NCBI GenBank assembly: GCA_003134505.1
Contig: PLBK01000021.1
Span: 157,276-221,275, forward strand
Origin: Actinomycetota bacterium
GTDB taxonomy: Bacteria > Actinomycetota > Thermoleophilia > Gaiellales > Gaiellaceae
Direction: 5' to 3'
DNA length: 64,000 nucleotides
Part shown: positions 1 to 9,900 of the stretch, piece after piece
Layout of the letters: each line of letters opens with the position of its first letter
How positions within the stretch are numbered: the stretch's first letter is position 1
Program-made: the position numbers and the translations under genes
The notes under the pieces: model-generated
The model's database searches: none
Told to the model about the DNA's origin: nothing
What the model saw: the letters and a program-made list of their open reading frames with translations, nothing else

Positions 1-2
1 CG

Positions 3-611
3 GTGGGCGTGCCCGGGTCGGACGCGGCTGCGGGCGACATCACGCGGCTCTACGTGGCCCATTTCATCGTGCCCCGACCGGGGACCTACACCGTCGTCGC
101 GGAGTCGACCGGGCCGAAGCCGATGCAGGCCGAGCTGCACATCCAGGTCCGGGAGCACCCTCAGGCACCGGCGGTGGGCTCGCAGGCGATCGCGTCGCAG
201 ACGCCGACGATCGCCAGCACCCACGGCAACCTGAAGGAGCTGACCACGAGGACGCCGCCCGACACCGCGCTGCTGCGCTACTCGGTCGCCGGCTCGATCG
301 CCGCCCACAAGCCGTTCGTGCTCGTCTTCGCGACGCCGAAGTTCTGCACGAGCCGTACCTGCGGGCCGGTCGTCGACGTCGTCGACGCCGTCCGCAAGCA
401 GTTCGCCGGCAGCGGTATCCGCTTCATCCACGTGGAGATCTACACGGACAACAACCCCGGGCTGCCGGTCAACAAGTGGGTGAAGCAGTGGCATCTCCCG
501 ACCGAGCCCTGGACGTTCCTCGTCGGCGCCGACGGGCGGATCAAGGCGCGCTTCGAGGGCTCGGTGTCGACGGGCGAGCTCGCGGCCGCGGTCCGGCAGT
601 ACCTGTCGTGA
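3..611 (+). CDS. thioredoxin-fold (TlpA/redoxin-like) protein; 5' end outside window
   Basis: ORF open at window edge; PFVLVFATPKFCTSRTCGPVV (CxxxC in thioredoxin-fold context) and WTFLVGADGRI strand typical of redoxin family. Confidence 0.6.
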   Translation: MGVPGSDAAAGDITRLYVAHFIVPRPGTYTVVAESTGPKPMQAELHIQVREHPQAPAVGSQAIASQTPTIASTHGNLKELTTRTPPDTALLRYSVAGSIAAHKPFVLVFATPKFCTSRTCGPVVDVVDAVRKQFAGSGIRFIHVEIYTDNNPGLPVNKWVKQWHLPTEPWTFLVGADGRIKARFEGSVSTGELAAAVRQYLS

Positions 612-617
612 TCCCGC

Positions 618-1691
618 GTGAGCCGCGGCGGCTTCGCCGCTAACGTTCAGCGCGTGGAGACGAGCACCGAGACGGTGTCGTTGACCAGCCTCGCGGTCGC
701 CGGCGGCTGTGCCGCGAAGTATGCGGCGGGGCGGCTCGAGGAGTTGCTCGCCGGGCTCGTGCCGGCGGACGCCGAGAACCTGCTCGTCGGGCTGAACCCG
801 GCCGACGACGCCGCGGTGTACCGGCTCGACGACGAGCGGGCGCTCGTGTTCACGGTCGACTTCTTCCCGCCCGTGGTCGACGATCCGGCGGACTTCGGCG
901 CGATCGCGGCGGCGAACGCTCTCAACGACGTCTTCGCCATGGGCGGCGTGCCACTGCTCGCGCTCTCCATCGCCGCCTTCCCGGAGGAGCTGCCCGTCTC
1001 GATGCTGGCAGCGATCATCGGCGCGGCCGACGAGACCGTGCGCTCGGCGGGCGCGATCCTCGCCGGCGGGCACACGATCCGGGACGACGAGCCGAAGTAC
1101 GGCCTCGCCGTCGTCGGCACCGTGCGCCCCGACGCGGTCTGGCAGAAGTCGACGGCGCGTCCCGGCGACGCGCTCTTTCTGACCAAGCCGCTCGGCACGG
1201 GCCTCGTCCTCCACGGTCACAAGCGCGGGCTCGTCGGTGACGGGGAGCGTGACGGCGCCGTCGCGTGGATGCGGATGCTGAACCGGTCGGCGGCCGACGC
1301 GGTGCGTCCGTTCGCGCCGAGCGCGGTCACCGACGTGACGGGCTTCGGCCTGCTCGGCCACGCGCACGAGACCGCGTCGCGGAGCGGCGTGAGGATCAGG
1401 ATCGAGGCCGACCGGCTCGTCGCGCTCGACGGCGCCCTCGACGTGGCGCGGGCCGGCGAGCGCACCGGCGGCGATCGTCGGAACCGCGAGTTCGTGGGCG
1501 ACCGCGCGACCGTCGCGGGCGTCGGGGACGAGCTCGTCGCGCTCGCGTTCGACCCGCAGACCTCGGGCGGGCTGCTCGCCGCCGTCTCGCCGGAGCGGGC
1601 CGCGACGCTGCAGGCGGCCTTCGACGCGGCCGGGCTGCACCTGGCCCGGATCGGCGCTGTCGAGGAAGGGGAGGGCGTTGTCCTCGCCTGA
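618..1691 (+). CDS. selD: selenide, water dikinase (selenophosphate synthetase)
   Basis: 357-aa ORF, GTG start; N-terminal SLAVAGGCAAKY loop (Cys, not Sec), DDAAVY, AGGHTI and TDVTGFGLLGH motifs typical of SelD. Confidence 0.9.
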   Translation: MSRGGFAANVQRVETSTETVSLTSLAVAGGCAAKYAAGRLEELLAGLVPADAENLLVGLNPADDAAVYRLDDERALVFTVDFFPPVVDDPADFGAIAAANALNDVFAMGGVPLLALSIAAFPEELPVSMLAAIIGAADETVRSAGAILAGGHTIRDDEPKYGLAVVGTVRPDAVWQKSTARPGDALFLTKPLGTGLVLHGHKRGLVGDGERDGAVAWMRMLNRSAADAVRPFAPSAVTDVTGFGLLGHAHETASRSGVRIRIEADRLVALDGALDVARAGERTGGDRRNREFVGDRATVAGVGDELVALAFDPQTSGGLLAAVSPERAATLQAAFDAAGLHLARIGAVEEGEGVVLA

Positions 1692-2637
1692 GCTCAGCGT
1701 CGCCTCCGGCCGCGTCGCCCGGCTGCGCTCGATCGTCGTCAGCCCGCGGGCGTTCGTCTGGCTGGCGCTCGGATCGGCCGCCAGCCTCTATCTGATCCTG
1801 ATCACCGGCGCCACGGTCCGGCTGACGGGCTCAGGGCTCGGCTGCGACAACTGGCCGGGCTGCCAGGCCGGGCAACCGTTCCCGGAGAAGGGCTACCACT
1901 CGTACATCGAGTTCGGGAACAGGCTCGTCGGCGGAGTCACGATCGCACTCGCGCTCGTCGCCGCGCTCGGCGCCTTCCGCGTCCGCGCGCTGCCGCGCCC
2001 CATGCGCCGGCTCGCGCTCGCCGTCTTCCTCGGCGCGCTCGCCCAGGCGCCGCTCGGCTACCTCACCGTCCGCTTCCATCTCAACCCGTACCTCGTGATC
2101 TCGCACTTCCTCCTCTCGGCCGTCGTGCTCGCGGGCGCCGTCGTCGTCCTGCTGGCCGCGCTCGAGCTTCGCCACGGAGGGACGGAGCCGCTCGTGCCGG
2201 TCGAGTTGCAGCGCATCGTCCAGCTCGCCGCGGTCGCCGCGCTCGCCCTGCTCGTCAGCGGCACGATCGCGACTGCGTCCGGCCCGCATCCGGGCGACTC
2301 GTCGAAGGTCCGCCGGCTCTGGCACCTCGGCAGCGCGATCTACGTGCACGCCGGGGCGACCGCCGTCTTCGGCGTGTGCTTCGTGTTCGCGCTCGGCTAC
2401 CTCGCCGCCCGCCGCGCTCGCTCGCCGCGCCTCTTCCTCGTCTCGGCCGGCGTGCTCGGCCTCCTGCTCGTCCAGATGGCGATCGGCGAGACGCAGTACC
2501 GCACGCACCTGCCGTGGTGGCTCGTACTGATCCACGTCTCGGTCGCCGGTGCCGTCTGGATCGGGATCGTGGCGCTTGCGGCGCTCTTCCGTCGGCCGCT
2601 CAGCTGGTTCGCGCCCGCGGCCAAGCCCGCCGCGTAG
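1678..2637 (+). CDS. ctaA: heme A synthase (COX15/CtaA family)
   Basis: Polytopic membrane ORF with TGSGLGCDNWPGC cysteine pair and His-bearing helices; TTG start overlaps selD stop. Confidence 0.8.
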   Translation: MSSPELSVASGRVARLRSIVVSPRAFVWLALGSAASLYLILITGATVRLTGSGLGCDNWPGCQAGQPFPEKGYHSYIEFGNRLVGGVTIALALVAALGAFRVRALPRPMRRLALAVFLGALAQAPLGYLTVRFHLNPYLVISHFLLSAVVLAGAVVVLLAALELRHGGTEPLVPVELQRIVQLAAVAALALLVSGTIATASGPHPGDSSKVRRLWHLGSAIYVHAGATAVFGVCFVFALGYLAARRARSPRLFLVSAGVLGLLLVQMAIGETQYRTHLPWWLVLIHVSVAGAVWIGIVALAALFRRPLSWFAPAAKPAA

Positions 2638-2646
2638 ACTGGGACG

Positions 2647-3534
2647 ATGCCCGGCGAGCTCACAATCGAGCATCGCCCCGAGCTCGAGCGCCCGGTCCTG
2701 ATCGCCGCCTTCCGGGGCTGGAACGACGGTGCGCAGGGGGCGTCGCTCGCCGGCGGATACCTGGCGAAGACCTGGAACGCGCAGCAGTTCGCGTCGATCG
2801 ATCCGGAGGAGTTCTACGACTTCCAGGCGACGCGGCCGATGGTCTCGCTCGTCGACGGCTTCACGCGCCGGATCGACTGGCCGGACAACGACTTCTACCA
2901 CGCCCACCCCGAGGGGCTCGGCCGCAGCGCCATGCTCCTGCTCGGAGTCGAGCCGAACCTGCGGTGGCGCCGCTTCACCAGCCTGATCGTCGATCTCGCG
3001 CGCGAGCAGAACGTGGAGATGGTCGTGACGCTGGGAGCGCTGCTCGCGGACGTCCCGCACACGCGTCCGGCCCCGGTCACCGGGACCGCGACCGACGCCG
3101 AGCTGATCGAGCGGCTCGGGCTGCAGGCCTCGCGCTACGAAGGGCCGACCGGCATCGTCGGCGTGCTCCACGACGCCTTCCGCGAAGCGTCGATCCCGTC
3201 CGTCAGCCTGTGGGCGGCCGTGCCCCACTACGTCTCACTGGCGCCGAGCCCACGGGCTGCGCTCGCGCTCTGCGAGCGGCTCGGAGACCTGCTCGACGCC
3301 AGGATCGACACGGCCGAGCTCGAGCAGGCGGTCGACGCCTACACGCAGCGCGTCACCGAGGCCGTCTCCACCGACGAGGACACGGCCGAGTACGTCCAGG
3401 AGCTCGAGCGCCGCGCCGAGATGATCGACGAGGACGACCTGCCGACCGGCGACTCGCTCGCCGCCGAGCTGACGCGCTTCCTACGCGAGCGCGACGAAGA
3501 GGACACCCCTCCCGACGTCGCCACCGACCAGTAG
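2647..3534 (+). CDS. PAC2 (proteasome assembly chaperone-like) family protein
   Basis: PVLIAAFRGWNDGAQGAS N-terminal motif, GPTGIVGVL segment, acidic C-terminal tail, as in actinobacterial PAC2 proteins. Confidence 0.8.
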   Translation: MPGELTIEHRPELERPVLIAAFRGWNDGAQGASLAGGYLAKTWNAQQFASIDPEEFYDFQATRPMVSLVDGFTRRIDWPDNDFYHAHPEGLGRSAMLLLGVEPNLRWRRFTSLIVDLAREQNVEMVVTLGALLADVPHTRPAPVTGTATDAELIERLGLQASRYEGPTGIVGVLHDAFREASIPSVSLWAAVPHYVSLAPSPRAALALCERLGDLLDARIDTAELEQAVDAYTQRVTEAVSTDEDTAEYVQELERRAEMIDEDDLPTGDSLAAELTRFLRERDEEDTPPDVATDQ

Positions 3535-3610
3535 CGAGCCGATGCCCGCTCCCGGCGCCGGCCAAGCCGGCCCCTCCGCTCATCGTTTGAGCTCCGTCGA
3601 GCCTACGCTC

Positions 3611-4183
3611 ATGCGCTGCGCGTGGTCGAGCGCCGCGAACGATCCGCTCTACCTCGCCTACCACGACGAGGAGTGGGGCGTGCCCTCGCGGGACGACCGT
3701 CACCTGTTCGAGTTGCTGGTGCTCGAGGGCGCCCAGGCCGGCCTTTCCTGGTCGACGATCCTGCACAAGCGCGAGGGCTACCGGCGAGCGTTCGCGGGCT
3801 TCGAGGTCGAGCGCGTCGCGCGGTTCGGCCCACGGGACGTCGAGCGGCTGCTCGGTGACGCGGGCATCGTCCGCAATCGGCTGAAGGTCGCCTCGGCGAT
3901 CGAGAACGCGCGCCGGGTGCTGGAGGTGCAGGCCGAGCGCGGCAGCCTCGCCGGCTATCTCTGGGAGTTCGTGGGCGGCGAGCCGATCGTCGGGCGCTTC
4001 GCCTCGCTCGCGGAGATCCCGGCCGAGACCGCCGAGTCACGAGCGATGAGCAAGGACCTGAAGCGCCGCGGCTTCCGCTTCGTCGGGCCGACGATCTGCT
4101 ACGCGTTCATGCAGGCGACGGGCATGGTCAACGACCACGTCACGTCGTGCTTCCGCTACCGGGAGCTCGCCGGCCCGAAGTAA
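3611..4183 (+). CDS. tag: DNA-3-methyladenine glycosylase I
   Basis: DPLYLAYHDEEWGVPSRDDRHLFELLVLEGAQAGLSWSTIL and CYAFMQATGMVNDH are Tag signatures; ATG at 3611 chosen inside the longer ORF 3542..4183. Confidence 0.9.
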   Translation: MRCAWSSAANDPLYLAYHDEEWGVPSRDDRHLFELLVLEGAQAGLSWSTILHKREGYRRAFAGFEVERVARFGPRDVERLLGDAGIVRNRLKVASAIENARRVLEVQAERGSLAGYLWEFVGGEPIVGRFASLAEIPAETAESRAMSKDLKRRGFRFVGPTICYAFMQATGMVNDHVTSCFRYRELAGPK

Positions 4184-4186
4184 CGT

Positions 4187-4222
4187 GGGGGCTCACGGGG
4201 GAAACCGGCTGTTTCACCCGTG
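4187..4222. repeat. 36-bp palindromic element (copy A), probable bidirectional terminator between tag and the PPOX gene
   Basis: gggggctcacgggggaaaccggctgtttcacccgtg; stem cacggggGAAAC/GTTTc.cccgtg; 34/36 identical to copy at 4858..4893. Confidence 0.8.
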
Positions 4223-4699
4223 TTTGCCCTGGTCCCAGGCGAGCCAGCGGACGGGCTCGATCACGACGGCCGTTCGCCCCTCGAACCACAGCGCTTCCTC
4301 GAACTGGGGCGGGATCGCGCCGAGGTAGCGCATCTCCATCTTCTCCGTGATCGCGCGAACGGTCGGCTCGTCCTCGACCAGCGTCGCGGTGCCGAAGCAC
4401 ACCACGGCCCGCGGTGGCTTCGTCGGGTCGTCGACCCGGGGATCGACGTCGACGCACATCGTCACGTGCGGGTCGCGGCGCATGTTCGCGAGGTGCCGCC
4501 GGCTGTTCCCGAGCGTGAGATGGAAGCGGCCGTCCTCCCAGAAGTACCAGATCGGCGTCAGGTGCGGCCAACCGTCCTCGCCGTGGGTCGCGAGCCTTCC
4601 GACGAGCTTCCGCAGGAGGAACTCATCCCGCTCCTCCACGGTCAGGGCGTTCCGCTTCGTCGCCGTCGTCAGATCGAGGAGGTCTCCGCGCTCGGTCAT
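4214..4699 (-). CDS. pyridoxamine 5'-phosphate oxidase family (F420/FMN-binding split-barrel) protein
   Basis: VGRLATHGEDGWPHLTPIWYFWEDGRFHLTLGNSRRH matches PPOX-class split beta-barrel N-terminal pattern. Confidence 0.75.
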   Translation of the reverse strand: MTERGDLLDLTTATKRNALTVEERDEFLLRKLVGRLATHGEDGWPHLTPIWYFWEDGRFHLTLGNSRRHLANMRRDPHVTMCVDVDPRVDDPTKPPRAVVCFGTATLVEDEPTVRAITEKMEMRYLGAIPPQFEEALWFEGRTAVVIEPVRWLAWDQGKHG

Positions 4700-4857
4700 C
4701 AGGGCGAACTCTATTCAGCCTGAGCCGAAGGTGAAGTGCGCTCCCGCCGGGTTGGTGTGTTCCTGAGCCGACGCCTGCGAGGCGCCGACAGATTCCGCGA
4801 AGCCCGGGCTCAGCCCGGGCGTAGCTCTGTCCTCCGGAAACCCGACCACAAGGGGAA

Positions 4858-4893
4858 GGGGGCTCACGGGGGAAACCGGCCGTTTCCCCCGTG
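4858..4893. repeat. 36-bp palindromic element (copy B), terminator-like hairpin after the DipZ-like gene
   Basis: gggggctcacgggggaaaccggccgtttcccccgtg; perfect 12-bp stem cacgggggaaac/gtttcccccgtg with 5-nt loop. Confidence 0.8.
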
Positions 4894-4896
4894 CTA

Positions 4897-6555
4897 TTAG
4901 CCGAAGGTAAAGGCGTAGGCGGAGAGGCCGGGTGTGAAGTGCAGGTCGAGCCGTCCGTCGCCGTCGTGACCCTGGTCGAGCAGGGTGTACAGCCGATCCT
5001 GCGTGACGTGCACGCGCCGCAGCAGTTTGCCGTCCAGGAACACGTCGACGTAGCCGGTCCCGCCCAGCACGAGGTGCACCCGGCGGGCGATGAAGTGGAG
5101 CGCCAGCACGGCGTTCTTGCCCGCGACGATGCGCTGTGGCCCGACGTTCCAGTAGCCGCCGTAGGCGAGCTGGCTCTGGTCGAGGACGAACGGCAGCGTG
5201 TACTTCGCCATGTGGCCGGGCTTCAGCGTCGAGCCGGCGTAGCTCGCGATCCGGTCCGACCCGAGGTAGGACTCGGGGGTGAGCGCGTAGTCCGGTGTGT
5301 GGTCGGCGAGGTGGACCGCCCTCGGCAGCGATGCGTCGCGCTCGGCGAGGAGCGACCGGATCGAGTCCTCGGTCTTCGAGTAGTTGCCCTCGCCGAAGTG
5401 CGCCTCACGGACGTGTCCGTTCGCGTCGATCAGGTACTCGGCCGGCCAGTACTGGTTGCCGTAGGCGTTCCAGGTTCCGTACTGGTTGTCGATCGCGACG
5501 GGGTAGCGCACGCCGTACTCGTGGGTCGCCTGTCGCACGTTCGAGACCTCGTGCTCGAACGCGAACTCGGGCGTGTGCACGCCGACGATGACGAACCCGT
5601 CCTTTGCGTACGTGCGGTACCAGGTCTTCAGATACGGCAGCGTGCGCAGGCAGTTGATGCACGAGTACGTCCAGAAGTCGACGAGCACGACCTTGCCGCG
5701 CAGCTTCTGGACCGTGAGCGGCTTTCCGCCCGGCGTGTTCAGCCACTGCTGGATGCCCGTGAAGCTCGGGGCGGGGCCGTAGTCCTTCAGGCCGCTCAGC
5801 GTCCGCTTCTTGTGGACGACGGGCTTGCGCTTCGTGACGTTCTTCGTCCGCGCGTAGGCGTTGGTTCCGGCGCTGCTCTTCTCCGTCTGGTCCTGCAGGG
5901 CGCTGGTGTAGTTGGGGAACCAGGTCTGGAGCCTCGTGTCGAGATCGAACACGAGCCCGAGCGCCGCTGCGACGAGGACGACGCCGAACGCAACCCGCAG
6001 CTGATCGATCCGGGCGCGCAAGCGACGCGCGAGGCGCTGCCCGCCGGCCGCGATTCCGAGCAGGACGAGTGATGCCCCGAGCGTGTAGGCGATTGCGACG
6101 CTGATCGTCTTGCCCCCGAAGTCGTGGGCCGCGGCGGAGCTCGTCACGAAGGCGAGTGCCGGCCCGGCGCACGGAACGAACACGAACCCGAGGGCGCATC
6201 CGAGCAGGAAGCCGCCGCCGAGGTCGCCCGACGGCCGGCGTGACAGGCGGCTGAGCGGTCGCTCGATGATCACGCCGAGCTGCGGAACGAGCAGCGTCGC
6301 CGCCAGCAGGAACAGCAGGCCGATCGAGACGTTGCGCAGCAGATCTTGCGGCAGCCCGAGCGCGCTCAGCACCCAGGTGGCGAACAGGATCGAGACGAGG
6401 AAGCACGTTGCGAGGCCGGCGATGATCGCGTAGGGGCGACGCCTGTTCTCGCTCATGCCGCCCCCGAGCACGATCGGGAGAACCGGGAGCACGCACGGCG
6501 AGATCGCCGTGATCAGCCCGGCGACGAACGCGAGCAGGATTGCTACGAGGATCAT
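4897..6555 (-). CDS. dipZ: DipZ-like protein: CcdA/DsbD-type membrane thiol-transfer domain fused to a thioredoxin-like domain and a C-terminal beta domain
   Basis: N-terminal LITAISPCVLPVLP and VPCAGP CcdA motifs; KVVLVDFWTYSCINCLRTLPYL thioredoxin CxxC; architecture as mycobacterial DipZ. Confidence 0.8.
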   Translation of the reverse strand: MILVAILLAFVAGLITAISPCVLPVLPIVLGGGMSENRRRPYAIIAGLATCFLVSILFATWVLSALGLPQDLLRNVSIGLLFLLAATLLVPQLGVIIERPLSRLSRRPSGDLGGGFLLGCALGFVFVPCAGPALAFVTSSAAAHDFGGKTISVAIAYTLGASLVLLGIAAGGQRLARRLRARIDQLRVAFGVVLVAAALGLVFDLDTRLQTWFPNYTSALQDQTEKSSAGTNAYARTKNVTKRKPVVHKKRTLSGLKDYGPAPSFTGIQQWLNTPGGKPLTVQKLRGKVVLVDFWTYSCINCLRTLPYLKTWYRTYAKDGFVIVGVHTPEFAFEHEVSNVRQATHEYGVRYPVAIDNQYGTWNAYGNQYWPAEYLIDANGHVREAHFGEGNYSKTEDSIRSLLAERDASLPRAVHLADHTPDYALTPESYLGSDRIASYAGSTLKPGHMAKYTLPFVLDQSQLAYGGYWNVGPQRIVAGKNAVLALHFIARRVHLVLGGTGYVDVFLDGKLLRRVHVTQDRLYTLLDQGHDGDGRLDLHFTPGLSAYAFTFG

Positions 6556-6562
6556 TCGACCG

Positions 6563-9016
6563 TTATTCGGTCGAGTCTGCCTGCCCGGTTGTTACAGACG
6601 CATTATTTGTCGGCTCGGCGGCTTCGGGCTGTGCCTCGGCCCCGGCGGCCGGCTGGGCCGTAGCTTCACCGCCGCCGCGCTTCTTGCGCCTTCGCCTCCG
6701 CCGCGACCGGCGCGGCGGCTTGGGCTCGGGCAGATCCTCGGCGAGCGCGGTTGCGATCTCCTCCACCGTCCCGATGTCCTCGCGGGCCCCCTCGAGCAGC
6801 TTCGTCGCCCGCGGCGTGTAGCCGTCTGCCGAGGCGAGCAGGGCAGCCCCGACGGGGAGGGGGAGCTCGCGAACCGCGACGACGAGCTTGGCCGCGTTCT
6901 CCTCGTGCCGGTGGCCGCGCGAGTTGGCGAGCGCGCCGAGCAGGCGCTTCGCCTCGGGATACTCGCCGCTCGCCTTGCGGTCGAGCGCCTTGCGGGCGGC
7001 GCGCGCGAGCCGCCACGTCCAGCGGGCGAGGATCTGCTCGGGCGCGTCGGGCTTGCCGGATCCGATCGCCTGCAGCAACGTGCGGACACCCGGCTGGCGG
7101 TCCTTCTCCCACGTCGGCGCCTGCGTGACCAGCGTGACCAGGTCGTCGAAGCTCGCCCGGTCGACGCGCATCGACACGCGGTCGGCGAGCGCCATCATCC
7201 GCAGCCGCCGGTTCGGGTTCTCGGCCGCGCACGTGAACAGGAACTGCTCGAGCGCGCCCTTGCTCGCGCGTCCGTCGGTGAACTTCTGGACGAAGCCGTC
7301 ACGCTCCTCGAAGCGGAGGTTGCGGCCGGCGAACGTGGCCCAGTAGCGCTGCTCGTCCTCGTCGAGGTAGCGCGGGTCGATCCGCTGCCACTCGCGTGCG
7401 ATCACGCCGAGCCGCCGCTTGACGTCGGGTGTGACCGGGACGAGCCACGGTGCCGGCGTCAGCCTGCGGCGCGCCCGGCGCTGCATCCGTCGCCGTGGCG
7501 TCGGGATCACGCGCGCGCCCTCGCGGTAGAAGTCGGCGTCGAGCAGCGAGTGCAGCGTCACGACGCGTTCCGAGTGGGTCGCGCCCTTGTTGATGAAGTC
7601 GACGACGATCCCGGCCTCCTTGCGCGGGTGGATGCGCATGATCCGGCCGATCCGCTGCTGGTAGACACGGCGGCTCGCCGTCGGGGCGAGGTGCATGATC
7701 ACGGTCGCGCGCGGCGAGTTCCAGCCCTCGGCGAGCAGCATGGCGTTGATCAGGACGTTGATCTCGCCGCGCTCGTAGGCCGCGAGCGTCTCGGCGAGCT
7801 GCACGGGGGGCGTCCGCCCCGATACGGCCACGGCCTTGAGGCCGACGGCGCGGAACTCCTGAGCGAGGTTGTAGGCGTGGTCGACGCCGGCCGCGTAGAC
7901 GATGCCGGGCGTGTCGCCGAAGCGATCGCGGTAGAGGCTCGCGGCGGCCTGGTTCAGGGCCTGGTGGTCCAGGACCTTGGCCAGCTCCTGCTGGTCGAAG
8001 TCGCCGCCGACGATCGGCACGGAGTTGATCGCCGCCACGGGCGGCACACGCAGGCAGCGGAGCGAGGCGATCAGGCCCCGCCGGGCCGCGTCCTGCAGCG
8101 GCAGGTCGTCGACCGAGGCCGGGAACACGTCCGCGACCTGCTTCGCGATCAGCTGCTCGGTCGCGGTCATGCCGATGTAGAGCGGCTCCGGGAAGCTGCG
8201 GATCGCGGCGCTCGTCTTCTCGCCGAGGGCGGTGTGCGCCTCGTCGCAGATCACGAGCTGGTACGCGTCGCGGCGGAGGTCGCCGACGTGGCGCGCGAAC
8301 CAGGCGTAGGTCTGGATCGTGATCGGGCTCGTGCTCGGCAGCGGCTTCGCGTCGACGATCTCGGGCGTGAGCCGCGCGCCGTAGCCCTCGTCGGTCAGCT
8401 CGCGCGTGAACTGGCTCACGAGCAGGCGGCGGTGCGTGAGGATCAGGACGCCGATCGAGCGGGCAGCCTCGACGAAGCCTGCGGCGGCGATCGTCTTGCC
8501 CGAGGCGGTCGGATGGCGGAAGCGGTAGCGGCGAACGGCACCCGGATCGGGCGGTGCCGCGTCCTCGATCTCCTCGAGCTCGTCGTCCAGCTCGTCGTCC
8601 TCGTCTTCGTCCTCGTCGGCCGTCGGCTCGGCGTGGCCGTTGCCGTTGTCGGGGGCCGGCTGGTTGGCCGCGATCAGCTCGGTCAGCATCCCGGCCAGCG
8701 CGTCGATCTGGTGGCGGCGGAGCTCCGTACCGGAGGCGAGGTGCGGCGGCTTCTCGCTGAGGATCCGCTCGAGCCCGAGCATGAGCGCAAAACGCACCCT
8801 CCAGTCCGGCGTCGGCTGGGCCTTGCCCGCCTCGATCTCCGCGATCGCCTCGTCGAGGGCGCGCCGCCGCGCCGTGCCCGGAGCGAGGACGACCGCAGGG
8901 TCCTCGTCCTCGTGCAGGAACGGCTCGCCGGCCCAGGTCGAGGCCCGGAGCGCCGAGGCCTCCAGGCCGTCCGCCCCGAGCGGGGGTTTCGTCGGCTGGT
9001 CGATGATCTTCTGCAT
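6563..9016 (-). CDS. DEAD/DEAH-box (SF2, Res-subunit-like) helicase with basic C-terminal tail
   Basis: Motif I HPTASGKT, motif II VICDEAH, motif III GMTAT, motif VI QRIGRIMR; C-terminal RRSRRRRRRKKRGG tail. Confidence 0.8.
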   Translation of the reverse strand: MQKIIDQPTKPPLGADGLEASALRASTWAGEPFLHEDEDPAVVLAPGTARRRALDEAIAEIEAGKAQPTPDWRVRFALMLGLERILSEKPPHLASGTELRRHQIDALAGMLTELIAANQPAPDNGNGHAEPTADEDEDEDDELDDELEEIEDAAPPDPGAVRRYRFRHPTASGKTIAAAGFVEAARSIGVLILTHRRLLVSQFTRELTDEGYGARLTPEIVDAKPLPSTSPITIQTYAWFARHVGDLRRDAYQLVICDEAHTALGEKTSAAIRSFPEPLYIGMTATEQLIAKQVADVFPASVDDLPLQDAARRGLIASLRCLRVPPVAAINSVPIVGGDFDQQELAKVLDHQALNQAAASLYRDRFGDTPGIVYAAGVDHAYNLAQEFRAVGLKAVAVSGRTPPVQLAETLAAYERGEINVLINAMLLAEGWNSPRATVIMHLAPTASRRVYQQRIGRIMRIHPRKEAGIVVDFINKGATHSERVVTLHSLLDADFYREGARVIPTPRRRMQRRARRRLTPAPWLVPVTPDVKRRLGVIAREWQRIDPRYLDEDEQRYWATFAGRNLRFEERDGFVQKFTDGRASKGALEQFLFTCAAENPNRRLRMMALADRVSMRVDRASFDDLVTLVTQAPTWEKDRQPGVRTLLQAIGSGKPDAPEQILARWTWRLARAARKALDRKASGEYPEAKRLLGALANSRGHRHEENAAKLVVAVRELPLPVGAALLASADGYTPRATKLLEGAREDIGTVEEIATALAEDLPEPKPPRRSRRRRRRKKRGGGEATAQPAAGAEAQPEAAEPTNNASVTTGQADSTE

Positions 9017-9133
9017 GCGCGCAGCACGCGCCGGTGCTGCAACTTTCGAGAAGGTGCGCCCGCGAGGCTCTGCAGGCGGCGCTCACAAAGCATAACGAAT
9101 CGAGCGGCGGACGCCGTCAATCCGTGCTGCGAA

Positions 9134-9721
9134 TCACCCGCCGATGCCGCCGAAGATCGAGAACGGATTCCGCGGCATGGCCTCCCAGACGAGCTCGCCG
9201 CCGGGCTCGACCTCACCGTGCAGCCGTTCGGCGAGCTGCTCGGCTTCCTCGCGCGAGGCTGCACCCACGACCAGGTAGCGCCAGCGCCGCACGACGTCGA
9301 CACCTTCCTGCTCCAGCCGGTCGGCGAGATCGTCCGCGTCACCATGCGATGCGCACTCGACGCGGACTTCCCAGGGTGCGTAGCCGTGCTCGCGCACCTC
9401 CTCCTCCCACGTCTCCTGCTTGGGCTCGTCGTCCCAACGCTCCTCGGGGGCCAGCCAGTGCTCGATCCGAACGACGATCGGCGCGAGGCCGGCCTCCTCC
9501 AGCTCGGCCTCGATCACCTCCTGAGCCTTCCGGGCCTGGAGCCGCGACGGCGCATAGACGAAGATCGTCTCGCCGTCTCGCGAGACGGGCAGCCGTTCCT
9601 CCTCGAGCTCCTTCGCAAGCTCGCGGGCGCGTGAGCCGAGGTCGAGGCCGAGGCGCTCGAGGAAGCCGCCGGCGCGCTCGTCGTCGAGCTCGATCCGGAT
9701 CCGCCAGTCGTCCCGTGCCAT
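9134..9721 (-). CDS. conserved-looking acidic hypothetical protein
   Basis: 195-aa ORF with ATG start and coding-like composition; no family recognised. Confidence 0.55.
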   Translation of the reverse strand: MARDDWRIRIELDDERAGGFLERLGLDLGSRARELAKELEEERLPVSRDGETIFVYAPSRLQARKAQEVIEAELEEAGLAPIVVRIEHWLAPEERWDDEPKQETWEEEVREHGYAPWEVRVECASHGDADDLADRLEQEGVDVVRRWRYLVVGAASREEAEQLAERLHGEVEPGGELVWEAMPRNPFSIFGGIGG

Positions 9722-9900
9722 GCAGGCTGCAGGCTACCCGCGACGGCGAGCATCGACGCCCGCTGTCACACATTTGGCACACCTGCGTTTCACACGCGCG
9801 ACGAATTCGTCGCTATCGTCAAAAACGGGGGCAAAGGGGCCAAAGGCCCCCGGGGGGAAGCCAAAAGGTGTGCGGAAAGCCGAGGGCCCCGGAGGAAGCA

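Noticed and set aside
1831-3228. 465-aa minus-strand ORF
   Set aside because: Antisense to ctaA and the PAC2 gene, with a highly charged junk-like sequence.
6455-9634. 1059-aa plus-strand ORF
   Set aside because: Arg/Gly/Asp-rich low-complexity translation antisense to the helicase (clear SF2 motifs) and to 9134..9721. This is a typical high-GC shadow ORF.
9740-9900. Three CACAC motifs and a ggggcc-aaa-ggcccc hairpin upstream of 9901..10566
   Set aside because: The motifs are short, low-information and single-occurrence, which is insufficient to call a regulatory site.
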